From positions 19,519 to 83,518 of the forward strand of contig CACDWF010000004.1 in the NCBI GenBank assembly GCA_902556405.1: a DNA stretch of 64,000 nt. Reading direction: 5' to 3'. The stretch is from an uncultured Alphaproteobacteria bacterium (GTDB lineage: Bacteria; Pseudomonadota; Alphaproteobacteria; Rhodobacterales; Rhodobacteraceae). The notes beneath the pieces were generated by a model. That model was not told where the DNA came from and searched no databases. It worked only from the letters and a program-made list of their open reading frames with translations. Below, piece after piece: positions 10,029-19,771 of the stretch; positions within the stretch are counted from its first letter, which is position 1, and the number at the start of each line of letters is the position of its first letter. A program made the translations under genes and the position numbers.

Positions 10029-10229
10029 ACTATTTTTATGATACTCCCGTTCTGTCTAATAAGATAACTAAGAATCGCTTCATAATTGACTGGTTGCTTT
10101 TGTTACACTATCTTGATTAATCATAAATAAAGTAAAAAAACAATTAAAAATACATTGTCGTTAGGTAACGTGGTTTATTTTTTTTTGTTTATCTTTTAGT
10201 GTAAAATAAAACTTTATAGAGAGTGACTA

Positions 10230-11087
10230 TTGGTCGACAATAATGAATTAATCATAGTCATAGGACAGTCGGGCGCAGGAAGGACCACTGTAATCCATAT
10301 ATTAGACGATCAAGGATTTGATACTCTCGATAATGTGCCCGTTCATTTGATACCTAGAGTAGCCTCTAGAGAATTAGTAGATAAGCCTTTAGCCTTAGGC
10401 CTCGATATTAGGTCTAAAAGTTTTTCTGTCCATAACTTGATGAAAGAGATAAGTAACTGGGAGGCATTATCAAGATCGCGTGTAGTAATTTTATTTTTAC
10501 AGTGCAGCTTGGATATTTTGATAAAAAGATTTAGTTTAACCAGGAGACCTCATCCCGTTCCCGGTGAGGACAGTCTTGAACTTTCAATTAGGAGGGAACT
10601 CAACCTAATTGCTCCTCTAAGAGATAAAGCGGACCTTGTTTTAGATACGAGTAATACCAGCCCCAATGAACTGAGATTGAAGTTAGGATCTATTTTTCCG
10701 TTGGCAAACAATAGAAATATACAAATCATTCTACAATCTTTTTCTTTCAGAAAGGGGTCTCCTTCAGGTCTAGACATGATTTTTGACTGCCGATTTCTAA
10801 AGAATCCAAATTGGGAAGACGATTTGAAAAATTTAAATGGAACTGATACTGAGGTTAAAAATTATTTGTATAAAGACAAAAGTTGGGAGTCATTTAATAA
10901 TAGTTTAATAAAAATGATGTCGACAATTATACCCTCATTTGAAAGAGAGGGGAAATCCTACCTATCAATAGGACTTGGTTGTACAGGAGGTCAACATAGA
11001 TCGGTTTTTGTTGCTGAGCAGCTGTTTGAGCATTTATTAGACAAAGACTATGATGTGAAGATTTTACACACAACCTTGCAAAAGTGA
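10230..11087 (+). CDS. rapZ: RNase adapter / nucleotide-binding protein RapZ (YhbJ family)
   Basis: TTG start. N-terminal P-loop GQSGAGRTT followed by LDDQGFDTLDNVP; C-terminal GCTGGQHRSV motif; 285 aa. Confidence 0.85.
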   Translation: MVDNNELIIVIGQSGAGRTTVIHILDDQGFDTLDNVPVHLIPRVASRELVDKPLALGLDIRSKSFSVHNLMKEISNWEALSRSRVVILFLQCSLDILIKRFSLTRRPHPVPGEDSLELSIRRELNLIAPLRDKADLVLDTSNTSPNELRLKLGSIFPLANNRNIQIILQSFSFRKGSPSGLDMIFDCRFLKNPNWEDDLKNLNGTDTEVKNYLYKDKSWESFNNSLIKMMSTIIPSFEREGKSYLSIGLGCTGGQHRSVFVAEQLFEHLLDKDYDVKILHTTLQK

Positions 11088-11128
11088 TGTTCCTTAATAA
11101 TCACTTTTTGAAAATTATACCTCCTTAA

Positions 11129-12055
11129 TCAAACTTTCTTCTCTATCTCTGGTACCGCTTTGAAGAGATCATCGACTAGTCCGAAATCAGCAACCTGAAA
11201 TATTGGAGCTTCCTCATCTTTATTGATTGCTACAATTACTTTACTGTCCTTCATTCCCGCTAAATGCTGTATAGCACCGGATATTCCAACCGCGACATAT
11301 AAATCAGGTGCAACTACCTTACCAGTTTGTCCAACTTGCCAATCATTGGGAGCAAAACCAGAGTCCACTGCTGCTCTGCTAGCGCCCACCGCTGCACCGA
11401 GTTTGTCAGCAAGACCCTCAATTATTTCAAAATTTTCTTTGCTTCCAACACCTCTTCCACCAGACACAACAACTTTTGCTGAAGTTAGTTCAGGCCTGTC
11501 ACTCGTTTGCATTTTATTTTCTATAAAAGTAGTAAGCGAATTATTACTTTCGAAGTCTATTTTCTTTACGTTTGCTGCACCTGTTAAAGGTACAGTGTCA
11601 TAGTTGCTGGTTCTAACAGATATTAATTTCACCTTATCAATGGACTGCACTGTCTGCATTGCATTTCCCGCATAAACGGGGCGTTCAAAAGTATCCTCTG
11701 ATATAACTTTAGACACATCTGATATAACCATTACATCTAACATACCGCCAATCCTTGGTAGAACATTCTTTCCAAAGGAACTCGAAGGCGCAAATACATG
11801 AGAGTATGAGCTTATGGTATCAATCAAGGTCTCGCTGTAGCTCTCAGCCAGGCTCTGAGCAAAAAGGACATCTTCTAACACTAGAACATTTTCTACATTC
11901 TCCATTTTGGCTAACTTTGCGGATGCATCAGTGCACTGGTTAGACGCACATAAAACATCAACTTTACCCAATTTAGCTGCTGCTGATATAGTTTTACTAG
12001 TTTGGTCTTCGGCGAGTTCGCCATCATTAATTTCTGCTAAAACCAATATTTTCAT
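11129..12055 (-). CDS. etfA: Electron transfer flavoprotein subunit alpha
   Basis: FAD-binding C-terminus GISGAIQHLAGMKDSKVIVAINKDEEAPIF. The start is placed at MKILVLAE (ATG 12055), 4 nt after the etfB stop. The track start at 12091 overlaps etfB. Confidence 0.88.
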   Translation of the reverse strand: MKILVLAEINDGELAEDQTSKTISAAAKLGKVDVLCASNQCTDASAKLAKMENVENVLVLEDVLFAQSLAESYSETLIDTISSYSHVFAPSSSFGKNVLPRIGGMLDVMVISDVSKVISEDTFERPVYAGNAMQTVQSIDKVKLISVRTSNYDTVPLTGAANVKKIDFESNNSLTTFIENKMQTSDRPELTSAKVVVSGGRGVGSKENFEIIEGLADKLGAAVGASRAAVDSGFAPNDWQVGQTGKVVAPDLYVAVGISGAIQHLAGMKDSKVIVAINKDEEAPIFQVADFGLVDDLFKAVPEIEKKV

Positions 12056-12059
12056 AAAG

Positions 12060-12818
12060 TTATCCTCCAACATTCTCCTGAATTTTTTCAACTAGTTGAT
12101 CTATGTTTTCTAAGATCAACCCCGCTTCTCTACTACCTGGCTCTTCAGTTTTAATAACCTTGAGCCTTTGTGTGATTTCAACCCCCAGATCAGCTGGACT
12201 GATTTCCTCTAGTGGTTTTCTCTTTGCCTTCATAATATTTGGCAGACTAGCATATCTGGGCTCATTTAACCTGAGATCAACTGATACAACTGCAGGAATT
12301 TTTGCGTCAATGGTCTGTAGTCCGCCATCTACCTCCCTCGTTACCCTTACGATATCCTTCTGAATATCAATCTCTGAAGCAAAAGTTGCTTGAGACCATT
12401 TAAGCTTTGCAGACAACATTTGGGCAGTAGCGTTAAAATCGTTATCTATGGCTTGTTTGCCACATAAAATTAGTGATGGATTTTCTTTTAGAGCAATAGC
12501 CGCAAGAATATTTGCTACAGTAAGTGGTTCAATGTCATTATGCACATCGTCTGTGGCAACAACCAAAATGGCTCGATCAGCACCCATAGCTAATGCAGTT
12601 CTCAACGTTTCTTGGTTTTGCTGAACGCCAATTGAAACAGCTATTATTTCCTCTGCATTACCTTTCTCTTTTATTCTGATGGCTTCCTCTAGTGCTATCT
12701 CATCGAATGGATTCATTGACATTTTTACATTGGTTAAGTCAATACCACTTCCGTCTGCTTTTACTCGAGCCTTAACGTTGTAGTCTAGCACTCTTTTTAC
12801 CGGAACTAAAATTTTCAT
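12060..12818 (-). CDS. etfB: Electron transfer flavoprotein subunit beta
   Basis: [16 protein letters not shown] start and CGKQAIDND motif; 252 aa. Confidence 0.9.
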   Translation of the reverse strand: MKILVPVKRVLDYNVKARVKADGSGIDLTNVKMSMNPFDEIALEEAIRIKEKGNAEEIIAVSIGVQQNQETLRTALAMGADRAILVVATDDVHNDIEPLTVANILAAIALKENPSLILCGKQAIDNDFNATAQMLSAKLKWSQATFASEIDIQKDIVRVTREVDGGLQTIDAKIPAVVSVDLRLNEPRYASLPNIMKAKRKPLEEISPADLGVEITQRLKVIKTEEPGSREAGLILENIDQLVEKIQENVGG

Positions 12819-12888
12819 CTATTCTATATCTCTTTGGTTAATCTTAAATTCAAAATATGCACTAGTTAAACGCTTCATACAAGACGTT

Positions 12889-13455
12889 TTATTTGTTTTT
12901 TCCTGGCGACCATAGCACCTCAGTTGAATTCTCTTGGTTTTCGACTCTTGAGGCAACAAAGAGCCAATCTGATAGTCTGTTTAAGTAGACAAGCGTATTT
13001 TCATTTATGACTTCTTTGGATCTTAAGCTAACAACACTTCTTTCTGCTCGACGGCAAATCGTTCTAGCCAGATGTAAAAAAGTAGCGGACTTACATCCTC
13101 CGGGCAAAATAAAGCTATTTAAGGGTTCAAGCCCGTTGTTCATTTCATCTATCTCGGCCTCAAGTATCTCTATTCGACCTCTAGATAATCTTAACCTATT
13201 GTGTTCGGAAACTGGTACACATAGGTCAGCTCCTAGATCAAATAGATCGTTCTGAATATTTTTAAGCTTTCCTTTTAAATCCGGTGTCGCATAAAGGGTA
13301 ACAACTCCAATGCTGGCGTTAAGTTCATCAACGTTTCCATAAGCACTTACCCTAAGGCTGTCCTTAAGTACCCTTTCCCCATTGCCAAGTGCCGTATCCC
13401 CACGATCACCTGTTTTTGTATAAATTTTATTTAATTTTATCAAACTAACCACCAC
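12889..13455 (-). CDS. ATP:cob(I)alamin adenosyltransferase, PduO type
   Basis: KIYTKTGDRGDTAL...AYGNVDELNASIG motif. GTG start is uncertain and overlaps the upstream small ORF by 11 nt. Confidence 0.85.
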   Translation of the reverse strand: MVVSLIKLNKIYTKTGDRGDTALGNGERVLKDSLRVSAYGNVDELNASIGVVTLYATPDLKGKLKNIQNDLFDLGADLCVPVSEHNRLRLSRGRIEILEAEIDEMNNGLEPLNSFILPGGCKSATFLHLARTICRRAERSVVSLRSKEVINENTLVYLNRLSDWLFVASRVENQENSTEVLWSPGKNK

Positions 13456-13648
13456 GAGAAAAATAAACGAAAAGAATAATCAATAATATTGCAATAGCTT
13501 GGAGAAGTATTCTCAAACGCATTATTTTATTTGCATATTTCCTATTAAACTCTCCGCCAAAAGCAAATCCACCCAAGCCGATCATGAGAACTATTACTAC
13601 TAGTAGACACGCTACTATTACAAATATATGAGCATTTTCTAGTATCAT
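13445..13648 (-). CDS. Twin-transmembrane-helix small protein (HIG1-like)
   Basis: 67 aa with two hydrophobic helices separated by a basic loop (NRKYANKIMRLR). Confidence 0.55.
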   Translation of the reverse strand: MILENAHIFVIVACLLVVIVLMIGLGGFAFGGEFNRKYANKIMRLRILLQAIAILLIILFVYFSRGG

Positions 13649-13776
13649 TTAATATCCTGCTTGGGCATAAGGACCCTCCGTAGATAAATAGTTTATTTTT
13701 TGTTTATTTCTATTATTGAGTTTAATTATTATTCCAAGTACTTTAGCTCAAAATCTAAACATTTCTAACTGGATAT

Positions 13777-16005
13777 ATGAATACTCAACAAATGAATCAA
13801 AAACAAGATATTACAACGGCTTTAGAAACCCGATATCTTTTATATGCAGTATCTACAATCATGGATAGAGCTCTCCCCGATGCCAGAGATGGTCTTAAGC
13901 CCGTACACAGAAGAATACTTTATGCAATGAATCAGCTTAGGCTATATCCTCAATCGAATTTTAGAAAATGCTCTAAAATAGTGGGGGAGGTTATGGGCAA
14001 TTACCATCCGCACGGCGATAAAGCTATCTATGATGCATTGGCTAGATTTGCTCAAGATTTTAGCGTTAGGTACCCACTTATTGAAGGTCAAGGGAATTTT
14101 GGAAATATTGATGGGGATAACCCTGCCGCTCAAAGATATACCGAGGCTAAGCTATCGAAATACTCTATTGATCTTCTTCAAGGGTTGGAAGAGGACTCTG
14201 TCGATTTTAAGGAAACCTATGATAGCTCAAGCCATGAGCCAAGTGTGCTTCCAGCAAGCTTTCCTCATCTTTTAGCAAACGGAGCCTCAGGGATTGCCGT
14301 AGGGATGGCCACCAGCATTCCACCACATAATATACTTGAGTTATTACAAGCTTGTATATTACTGGTTGATAAACCCAATTCTAGTATCCAACAATTATCA
14401 GAAATTGTAATCGGGCCTGATTTTCCTACTGGGGGTATTATTCTTGATAGTAAAGAAGATGTCATAAAAGTATATACCGAGGGCAAGGGGAGTTTCAGAT
14501 TACGTGCCCAACATCACTTTGAAGAGTTAAAGCACGGTAACTGGCAGCTAGTAATAGATAAAATACCCTATCAAGTGCAAAAGGGAAAACTAATAGAAAA
14601 GATTGCCGATTTTATTTCTTTAAAGAAACTATCCTTAATACAAAATGTTAGAGATGAGAGTGCAGAAGAGATAAGAATTGTTATAGAGCCAAGATCTCGG
14701 AACGTTCAAAAAGAAAATCTCTTAACTTCCCTTTATCAATTTACTGACCTAGAGACTAAGATTTCTGTAAACCTTAATGTTCTTATAGATGGTATTTCAC
14801 CAAAAGTTAGCGATTTGAAAGAATTACTTAAGACTTTTTTAGACCATCGAAGGGAAATATTGCTTAGGAGGTCCACTTACCGTTTAAAGAATATAGATAA
14901 CCGGCTAGAGATTATAGAGGGCTTGTTACAGGCTTATGTCAATCTCGATCGCATAATTAGTATAATAAGAGAGGAAGCTGATCCCAAATCGGCAATTATT
15001 GGAGAATTTGGGATCAGTGAATTACAGGTTGAAGCAATTTTGAACCTAAGATTGAGAGCGTTGAGAAGACTAGACGAGGCACTACTTTCAAAGGAACAGG
15101 AGGAATTGATGAAAGAGCGACAGGCTCTAGAGGACTTACTCGAAAGCCAAAGCCTTCAATGGAAAAGCGTTAAAAACGAAATGATATTGTTAAAGAAAAG
15201 ATTTGCTGATTATGAACTCAGTGGACGGCAGACACTTATAGAGCCAGAGGAGGAGGGTTACCGTGCATCTTTCCAAGAAGATACAATTGATGATAGTCCA
15301 GTAACGGTGGTATTATCCGAAAACGGTTGGATAAGGTCTTACAAGGGCCATGGCCTTGATTACAATTCATTTAAGTTCAGAGACGGAGATGGAATTAAAT
15401 TTATTGCTCAATCATCAAGAAGCCAGCAACTGCTATTTATCACTTCCGAGGGGAAATCATTCAGCTTATATCTTGAACAACTTAAGAAAGACAAAGGCTA
15501 TGGTGAACCACTGAATTTAATGATTGGTACAGGGAATGTTACATCTATTGTTAGTATCCTACCTTTCAATCATGAAGGAAAAGGCTTAATATTTTCAAAA
15601 AAGGGCCTTGGATTTGCAATTGATTTTTCTTCCTTACAATCCTCTACTAAAACCGGAAAACAAATATTTCAACTCAGTGAAGGTGATGAAGTAGTAGGGT
15701 TGCAAGAAATTACTGGTGATAATGTTATTGTTTTAAGTACTTCTTTCAAAATGCTAATTTTCTCTGTAAATGAGTTACCGTTGTTGAAAAAAGGTAAAGG
15801 CGTTCGGTTGCAACGTTATAAGCAAGAAGCTCTTTTGGATGTCATGTTTTATTCACAAAATGAAAAAAATGATACAGTTATCAAAAAAATATTTCCAAAA
15901 GATGAAGAAATCAGTTTCTGGATGGGTAAGAGAGGCCAGGTAGGGAAGATGGGACCAAAGAAACTATTACGGAAAAAAATCACTAAGTTTGAAGATCTTC
16001 TATAA
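13777..16005 (+). CDS. parC: DNA topoisomerase IV subunit A
   Basis: LPDARDGLKPVHRRILY, HPHGD and the active-site Tyr context AAQRYTEAKL. Called ParC rather than GyrA on its 742-aa length. GyrA cannot be excluded without alignment. Confidence 0.85.
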   Translation: MNTQQMNQKQDITTALETRYLLYAVSTIMDRALPDARDGLKPVHRRILYAMNQLRLYPQSNFRKCSKIVGEVMGNYHPHGDKAIYDALARFAQDFSVRYPLIEGQGNFGNIDGDNPAAQRYTEAKLSKYSIDLLQGLEEDSVDFKETYDSSSHEPSVLPASFPHLLANGASGIAVGMATSIPPHNILELLQACILLVDKPNSSIQQLSEIVIGPDFPTGGIILDSKEDVIKVYTEGKGSFRLRAQHHFEELKHGNWQLVIDKIPYQVQKGKLIEKIADFISLKKLSLIQNVRDESAEEIRIVIEPRSRNVQKENLLTSLYQFTDLETKISVNLNVLIDGISPKVSDLKELLKTFLDHRREILLRRSTYRLKNIDNRLEIIEGLLQAYVNLDRIISIIREEADPKSAIIGEFGISELQVEAILNLRLRALRRLDEALLSKEQEELMKERQALEDLLESQSLQWKSVKNEMILLKKRFADYELSGRQTLIEPEEEGYRASFQEDTIDDSPVTVVLSENGWIRSYKGHGLDYNSFKFRDGDGIKFIAQSSRSQQLLFITSEGKSFSLYLEQLKKDKGYGEPLNLMIGTGNVTSIVSILPFNHEGKGLIFSKKGLGFAIDFSSLQSSTKTGKQIFQLSEGDEVVGLQEITGDNVIVLSTSFKMLIFSVNELPLLKKGKGVRLQRYKQEALLDVMFYSQNEKNDTVIKKIFPKDEEISFWMGKRGQVGKMGPKKLLRKKITKFEDLL

Positions 16006-16441
16006 CTTTATTGAGTAACGCATTTACTAGTTTCTGTTCTTTTCCGTTTGGATAAAACGTTACCGTTATTGACACATATTCAGACATAATGACTTTTTTA
16101 GGAGTTTTTTTATTAAGATACTCAGCACTAGCGGCTCTCAGAATAGCCCTCAAAGTAGTATCAATTGTTTTTAGATTCCATAGATTATTAAAAGCCATAT
16201 TGATTTTGGTATCTATCTTTATTTGATTCTTAGCAGCGTGTTCTATGATTCTTTGAGACAACAAATAATTTGGCACTAAGATTTCTGCGCCTTGTATTTG
16301 TTGCAGATAAAATGCCTCTTTGAGTTCTTTTTTTATGGTGCTGTAATTCTTGCCATTGGCTTCCATTTGGAATAGTGCTTGAATAGCAAATAGCCGTGAG
16401 ATTGTATTTTTTTTGTAATCACAAGATTTAGCGGAGTTCAC
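15983..16441 (-). CDS. nusB: Transcription antitermination factor NusB
   Basis: 152 aa. RLFAIQALFQ N-terminus and position downstream of ribH, the conserved ribH-nusB pair. Confidence 0.8.
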   Translation of the reverse strand: MNSAKSCDYKKNTISRLFAIQALFQMEANGKNYSTIKKELKEAFYLQQIQGAEILVPNYLLSQRIIEHAAKNQIKIDTKINMAFNNLWNLKTIDTTLRAILRAASAEYLNKKTPKKVIMSEYVSITVTFYPNGKEQKLVNALLNKVIEDLQT

Positions 16442-16445
16442 GACT

Positions 16446-16907
16446 TTAATTGCCTCGTCGTTTTATTTTGATAATACTTAACAAAGCATTGCAGGCCTCT
16501 CCGCCTTTATCAAAAACTTTGGGATCTGCTCTCTTTTCAGCCTGCAGTCTATTTTCCACAGTCAAAATGGCATTCCCAATGCAGACTTTTTTAAGACCCA
16601 GATTGGCAAGGCCCCTGGAGCTTTCCGTACTTACAATTTCATAATGTGTCGTCTCACCTCTTATGACACATCCAACAGCTATAAAGCCATCAAACTGATT
16701 TTCCATCAATTTTATGGCGGTAGGTATTTCCAGCGCACCTGATACTTCAACTATCTCGGTATCAGCATTTATTCTTTTAAGAACATTAAGCGCACCCCGA
16801 ATTAGATTCTCTGTAATATCCTTGTAATAAGGGGCTGAAACGATACAAATTTTAAGTTTTTCTGTAAAGTCTGGTAAGTCATGCTTGCGTGATTTTTCTG
16901 CTCTCAA
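16446..16907 (-). CDS. ribH: 6,7-dimethyl-8-ribityllumazine synthase
   Basis: 153 aa. VSGALEIP and GCVIRGETTHYE motifs. Confidence 0.88.
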   Translation of the reverse strand: MRAEKSRKHDLPDFTEKLKICIVSAPYYKDITENLIRGALNVLKRINADTEIVEVSGALEIPTAIKLMENQFDGFIAVGCVIRGETTHYEIVSTESSRGLANLGLKKVCIGNAILTVENRLQAEKRADPKVFDKGGEACNALLSIIKIKRRGN

Positions 16908-17981
16908 CTAAAATCCCTCCGTTGTATCTATCTGCAGGCCATACCCTTCTAATCCGATTACTTTCGGGAGTTTTGAATTCGAAAGAAGCTTTATTCTTTT
17001 TACACCTAGTAAAGATAAAATTTGAGCTCCAATGCCATACTCCCTAAGTGTATCGGATGCACCTTTTTCACTATTGCTCTCGCCTGCACCAAGAAGCACC
17101 AATAGTCCGTTTTTATTTGTGATTATTTTTTGCATGGCTCTTCCTATTTCATTGTATCGGGTAGGAACCAAACCTAGTAAATCTTTATATACATTTAACT
17201 TATGCATCCTAACCATTGCCGGTGTTTTAGAATTTATCTTTCCAAGTTTCAGGACTATATGTTCCGAATTTTGTATTTCATCTTTGAACTTAATTACTTT
17301 CCACTTCCCACCTATACTCGATTTTAAAATTACGCTTTCCACTTCCTTTATTAGGTTATCGTGCTTCCTTCTATAAGCTATTAAGTCTGAAATTGTGCCA
17401 ATTTTAAGATTATGTACATACGCGAATTTCTTTAAATCTTTTAGCCTTGCCATACTGCCATCATCATTCATAATTTCACATATAACTCCAGAAGGGTTTA
17501 ATCCTGCAAGCCTGGATATATCAACGGCAGCTTCTGTATGACCTGCTCTAATAAGCACTCCACCATTTTTTGCTCTCAAAGGAAAAACATGTCCCGGGGT
17601 TGCTATTTCTTCTGTTCTTACTTGAGGATTTATTGCAACTGATATTGTTTTTGATCGGTCATGGGCTGATATTCCGGTGGTTACGCCTTCTCTTGCCTCT
17701 ATAGATACAGTGAAAGCTGTTTCGTGGCGAGAGGAATTGGTGGCAGCCATCAAAGGTAACTTCAATTTGTCTATTTGTTCAGATGGAAGCGCCAAGCAAA
17801 TTAATCCTCTACCATGTGTAGCCATGAAATTAACGGCATTTGGTGTTGCCATTTGTCCTGGAATTACTAAGTCTCCTTCATTCTCTCTATCCTCATGATC
17901 AACTAAAATGAACATTTTCCCATTCCTAGCATCTTCAATTATCGATTGTGTGGAAGAGATTTCGACACCTTGTTCTTTCAT
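16908..17981 (-). CDS. ribB: 3,4-dihydroxy-2-butanone-4-phosphate synthase fused to a degenerate GTP cyclohydrolase II-like domain (RibBX-type)
   Basis: N-terminal DHBPS motifs (DRENEGDLVIPG, GHTEAAVD). The C-terminal domain aligns to RibA, but VRMHKLNVYKDLLGLVPTRYN replaces the Cys-containing HSECLTGD...RCDCG region. Confidence 0.85.
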   Translation of the reverse strand: MKEQGVEISSTQSIIEDARNGKMFILVDHEDRENEGDLVIPGQMATPNAVNFMATHGRGLICLALPSEQIDKLKLPLMAATNSSRHETAFTVSIEAREGVTTGISAHDRSKTISVAINPQVRTEEIATPGHVFPLRAKNGGVLIRAGHTEAAVDISRLAGLNPSGVICEIMNDDGSMARLKDLKKFAYVHNLKIGTISDLIAYRRKHDNLIKEVESVILKSSIGGKWKVIKFKDEIQNSEHIVLKLGKINSKTPAMVRMHKLNVYKDLLGLVPTRYNEIGRAMQKIITNKNGLLVLLGAGESNSEKGASDTLREYGIGAQILSLLGVKRIKLLSNSKLPKVIGLEGYGLQIDTTEGF

Positions 17982-17986
17982 AGTTT

Positions 17987-18607
17987 TTATTTTCCTGAAC
18001 CTAATATTCGATCTACATATCTGGCTAGAATATCTATTTCAATATTTACTTTCTCTCCAATACGCATTTTTTTCCAAGTCGTATTATCTTTAGTATGGGG
18101 AATAAAGTTAATATCGAAGGATGATGCTTCTACATGATTAACGGTTAATGAAGTTCCGTTCAATGTAACAGAGCCCTTTTCTGCGATAAACTTTGCTAAG
18201 CTTTTATTAGTTTGGAATGTAACCTTAGTACTGCCTTCAATCTCTATAATTTCTTCTATGGAACCTGTACCATCTATGTGTCCTGTCACAATGTGCCCCC
18301 CTAGTTCATCACCAAGTTTTAGGGATCTCTCCAGGTTCACTTTTCTGCCAGCTTTCCATCCAAAATCTTTATCACCTATAATTGTTTTCGATATTGTTTC
18401 GCTGGATATGTCCACTGAAAACCAATTTTTATCCCCTGTAATCCCGTAATCTGTAACTGTTAAACAAACCCCATCACAGCAAATTGAGGCCCCTAATTCC
18501 ACTTCGGACAGATTATAAGTGCATAAAATTTTAGCTCTTGTATCTTTGATCTTTTCAATTTTGGCTATTTCGCCTACGTCAGTAATAATTCCCGTAAACA
18601 TATTCAA
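17987..18607 (-). CDS. ribE: Riboflavin synthase (alpha chain)
   Basis: MFTGIITDVGEI start, internal duplication with GGHIVTGHIDG; 206 aa. Confidence 0.88.
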   Translation of the reverse strand: MNMFTGIITDVGEIAKIEKIKDTRAKILCTYNLSEVELGASICCDGVCLTVTDYGITGDKNWFSVDISSETISKTIIGDKDFGWKAGRKVNLERSLKLGDELGGHIVTGHIDGTGSIEEIIEIEGSTKVTFQTNKSLAKFIAEKGSVTLNGTSLTVNHVEASSFDINFIPHTKDNTTWKKMRIGEKVNIEIDILARYVDRILGSGK

Positions 18608-18613
18608 ACCTTT

Positions 18614-19771
18614 CTAAGAATTAGGGATCCACCTTGCTTCGATATTATCTTCCCATTTAAGTAAGGATATTAAAGTTAAATTTGGAAAATCTCTTAATCT
18701 TGTATCGAGCGGCAAAAAATCATTAAAACAGGAAATAGATGAATCATTGATAATGCTATTTCCGGTAAACATCACAATCTCGTCGAAAAAACCGGTCTTT
18801 ATAAAAGAGGTCCACACTCTTGCACCACCTTCGACTAATAATCGGTTCACTCCCATCCTGGATATTATTTTTAGAATTTCCTCTATATTTAAAAGTCCGT
18901 GTTCTTTAACACTTTTCTCGAAATTTACTCCCTTAAAAAAATCACTTACTTTTGAGGCCACGTCCTTTGGTTCCCTGTTAGTTATAATATTCACCTTTTC
19001 TCTTCCCAGTTTATCAAATAGTAAAAGGTTTTCAGAGTCAGATAATTCGAAATTTGTGTCTAGTATGAAAATTGGTTTATTTTCGATTTTGTCAAACTGC
19101 TCTCTCAAGTTAAGTCGAGGGTTGTCAATAATTATGCTGTTTTTACCAATTAATATTCCATCGTTTTCTGATCTGAGAAGCTGCACCCTCTTTCTACATA
19201 ATGAGTTGGTTACCCACTTGCTTTCTCCATTTTTGGTAGCGATTTTGCCATTCATGGAAGCACCTATTTTTAGCGTGATATAAGGAAAACCAGTTTTTTT
19301 CTGTTTCAAGTAGCCTCTTAAAATTTCAGAATTTTCATTTTTATAAATGCTAGACTCAATGCATTTAATGCCTGCTTCCTCCATCAACAACTTACCTTTA
19401 CCGTTAGTTCTAATATCGGGATCAGTGGCCAAATAAATAACACGATTTGCTCCAAATTTTACAATTTCTTTCGCACAAGATGGAGAAGTGGTTTCATGGG
19501 CGCATGGTTCCAGCGTAATGTAAACGTTGATATCATTTATTTTTTCTTTTCTTCTTAAGAGATGGTGTTCCGACGCTTGTTTTATAGCCATAATTTCTGC
19601 ATGGGGCCTTCCTCCAGGTTGCGTATTACCCCTACCGAGTATTATATCTCTAAAGGTTATTACGCAGCCAACAGATGGGTTTTTGCCCGTGAGGCCCACA
19701 TTTCGTCTAGCTAAGTTCAGAGCTAATTTTAGAAATTTCTTATCTTCCGCGGAAACGTATGGCTCTTTCAT
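18614..19771 (-). CDS. ribD: Bifunctional diaminohydroxyphosphoribosylaminopyrimidine deaminase / 5-amino-6-(5-phosphoribosylamino)uracil reductase
   Basis: Deaminase zinc motifs HAEIMAI and TLEPCAH, followed by the reductase domain. Confidence 0.88.
   Translation of the reverse strand: MKEPYVSAEDKKFLKLALNLARRNVGLTGKNPSVGCVITFRDIILGRGNTQPGGRPHAEIMAIKQASEHHLLRRKEKINDINVYITLEPCAHETTSPSCAKEIVKFGANRVIYLATDPDIRTNGKGKLLMEEAGIKCIESSIYKNENSEILRGYLKQKKTGFPYITLKIGASMNGKIATKNGESKWVTNSLCRKRVQLLRSENDGILIGKNSIIIDNPRLNLREQFDKIENKPIFILDTNFELSDSENLLLFDKLGREKVNIITNREPKDVASKVSDFFKGVNFEKSVKEHGLLNIEEILKIISRMGVNRLLVEGGARVWTSFIKTGFFDEIVMFTGNSIINDSSISCFNDFLPLDTRLRDFPNLTLISLLKWEDNIEARWIPNS

Noticed and set aside
10114-10130. 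CtrA-box-like TTAA-N7-TAAA in the pckA/rapZ intergenic region.
   Set aside because: The second half-site is TAAA rather than TTAA, and such AT-rich near-matches are expected frequently in this composition.
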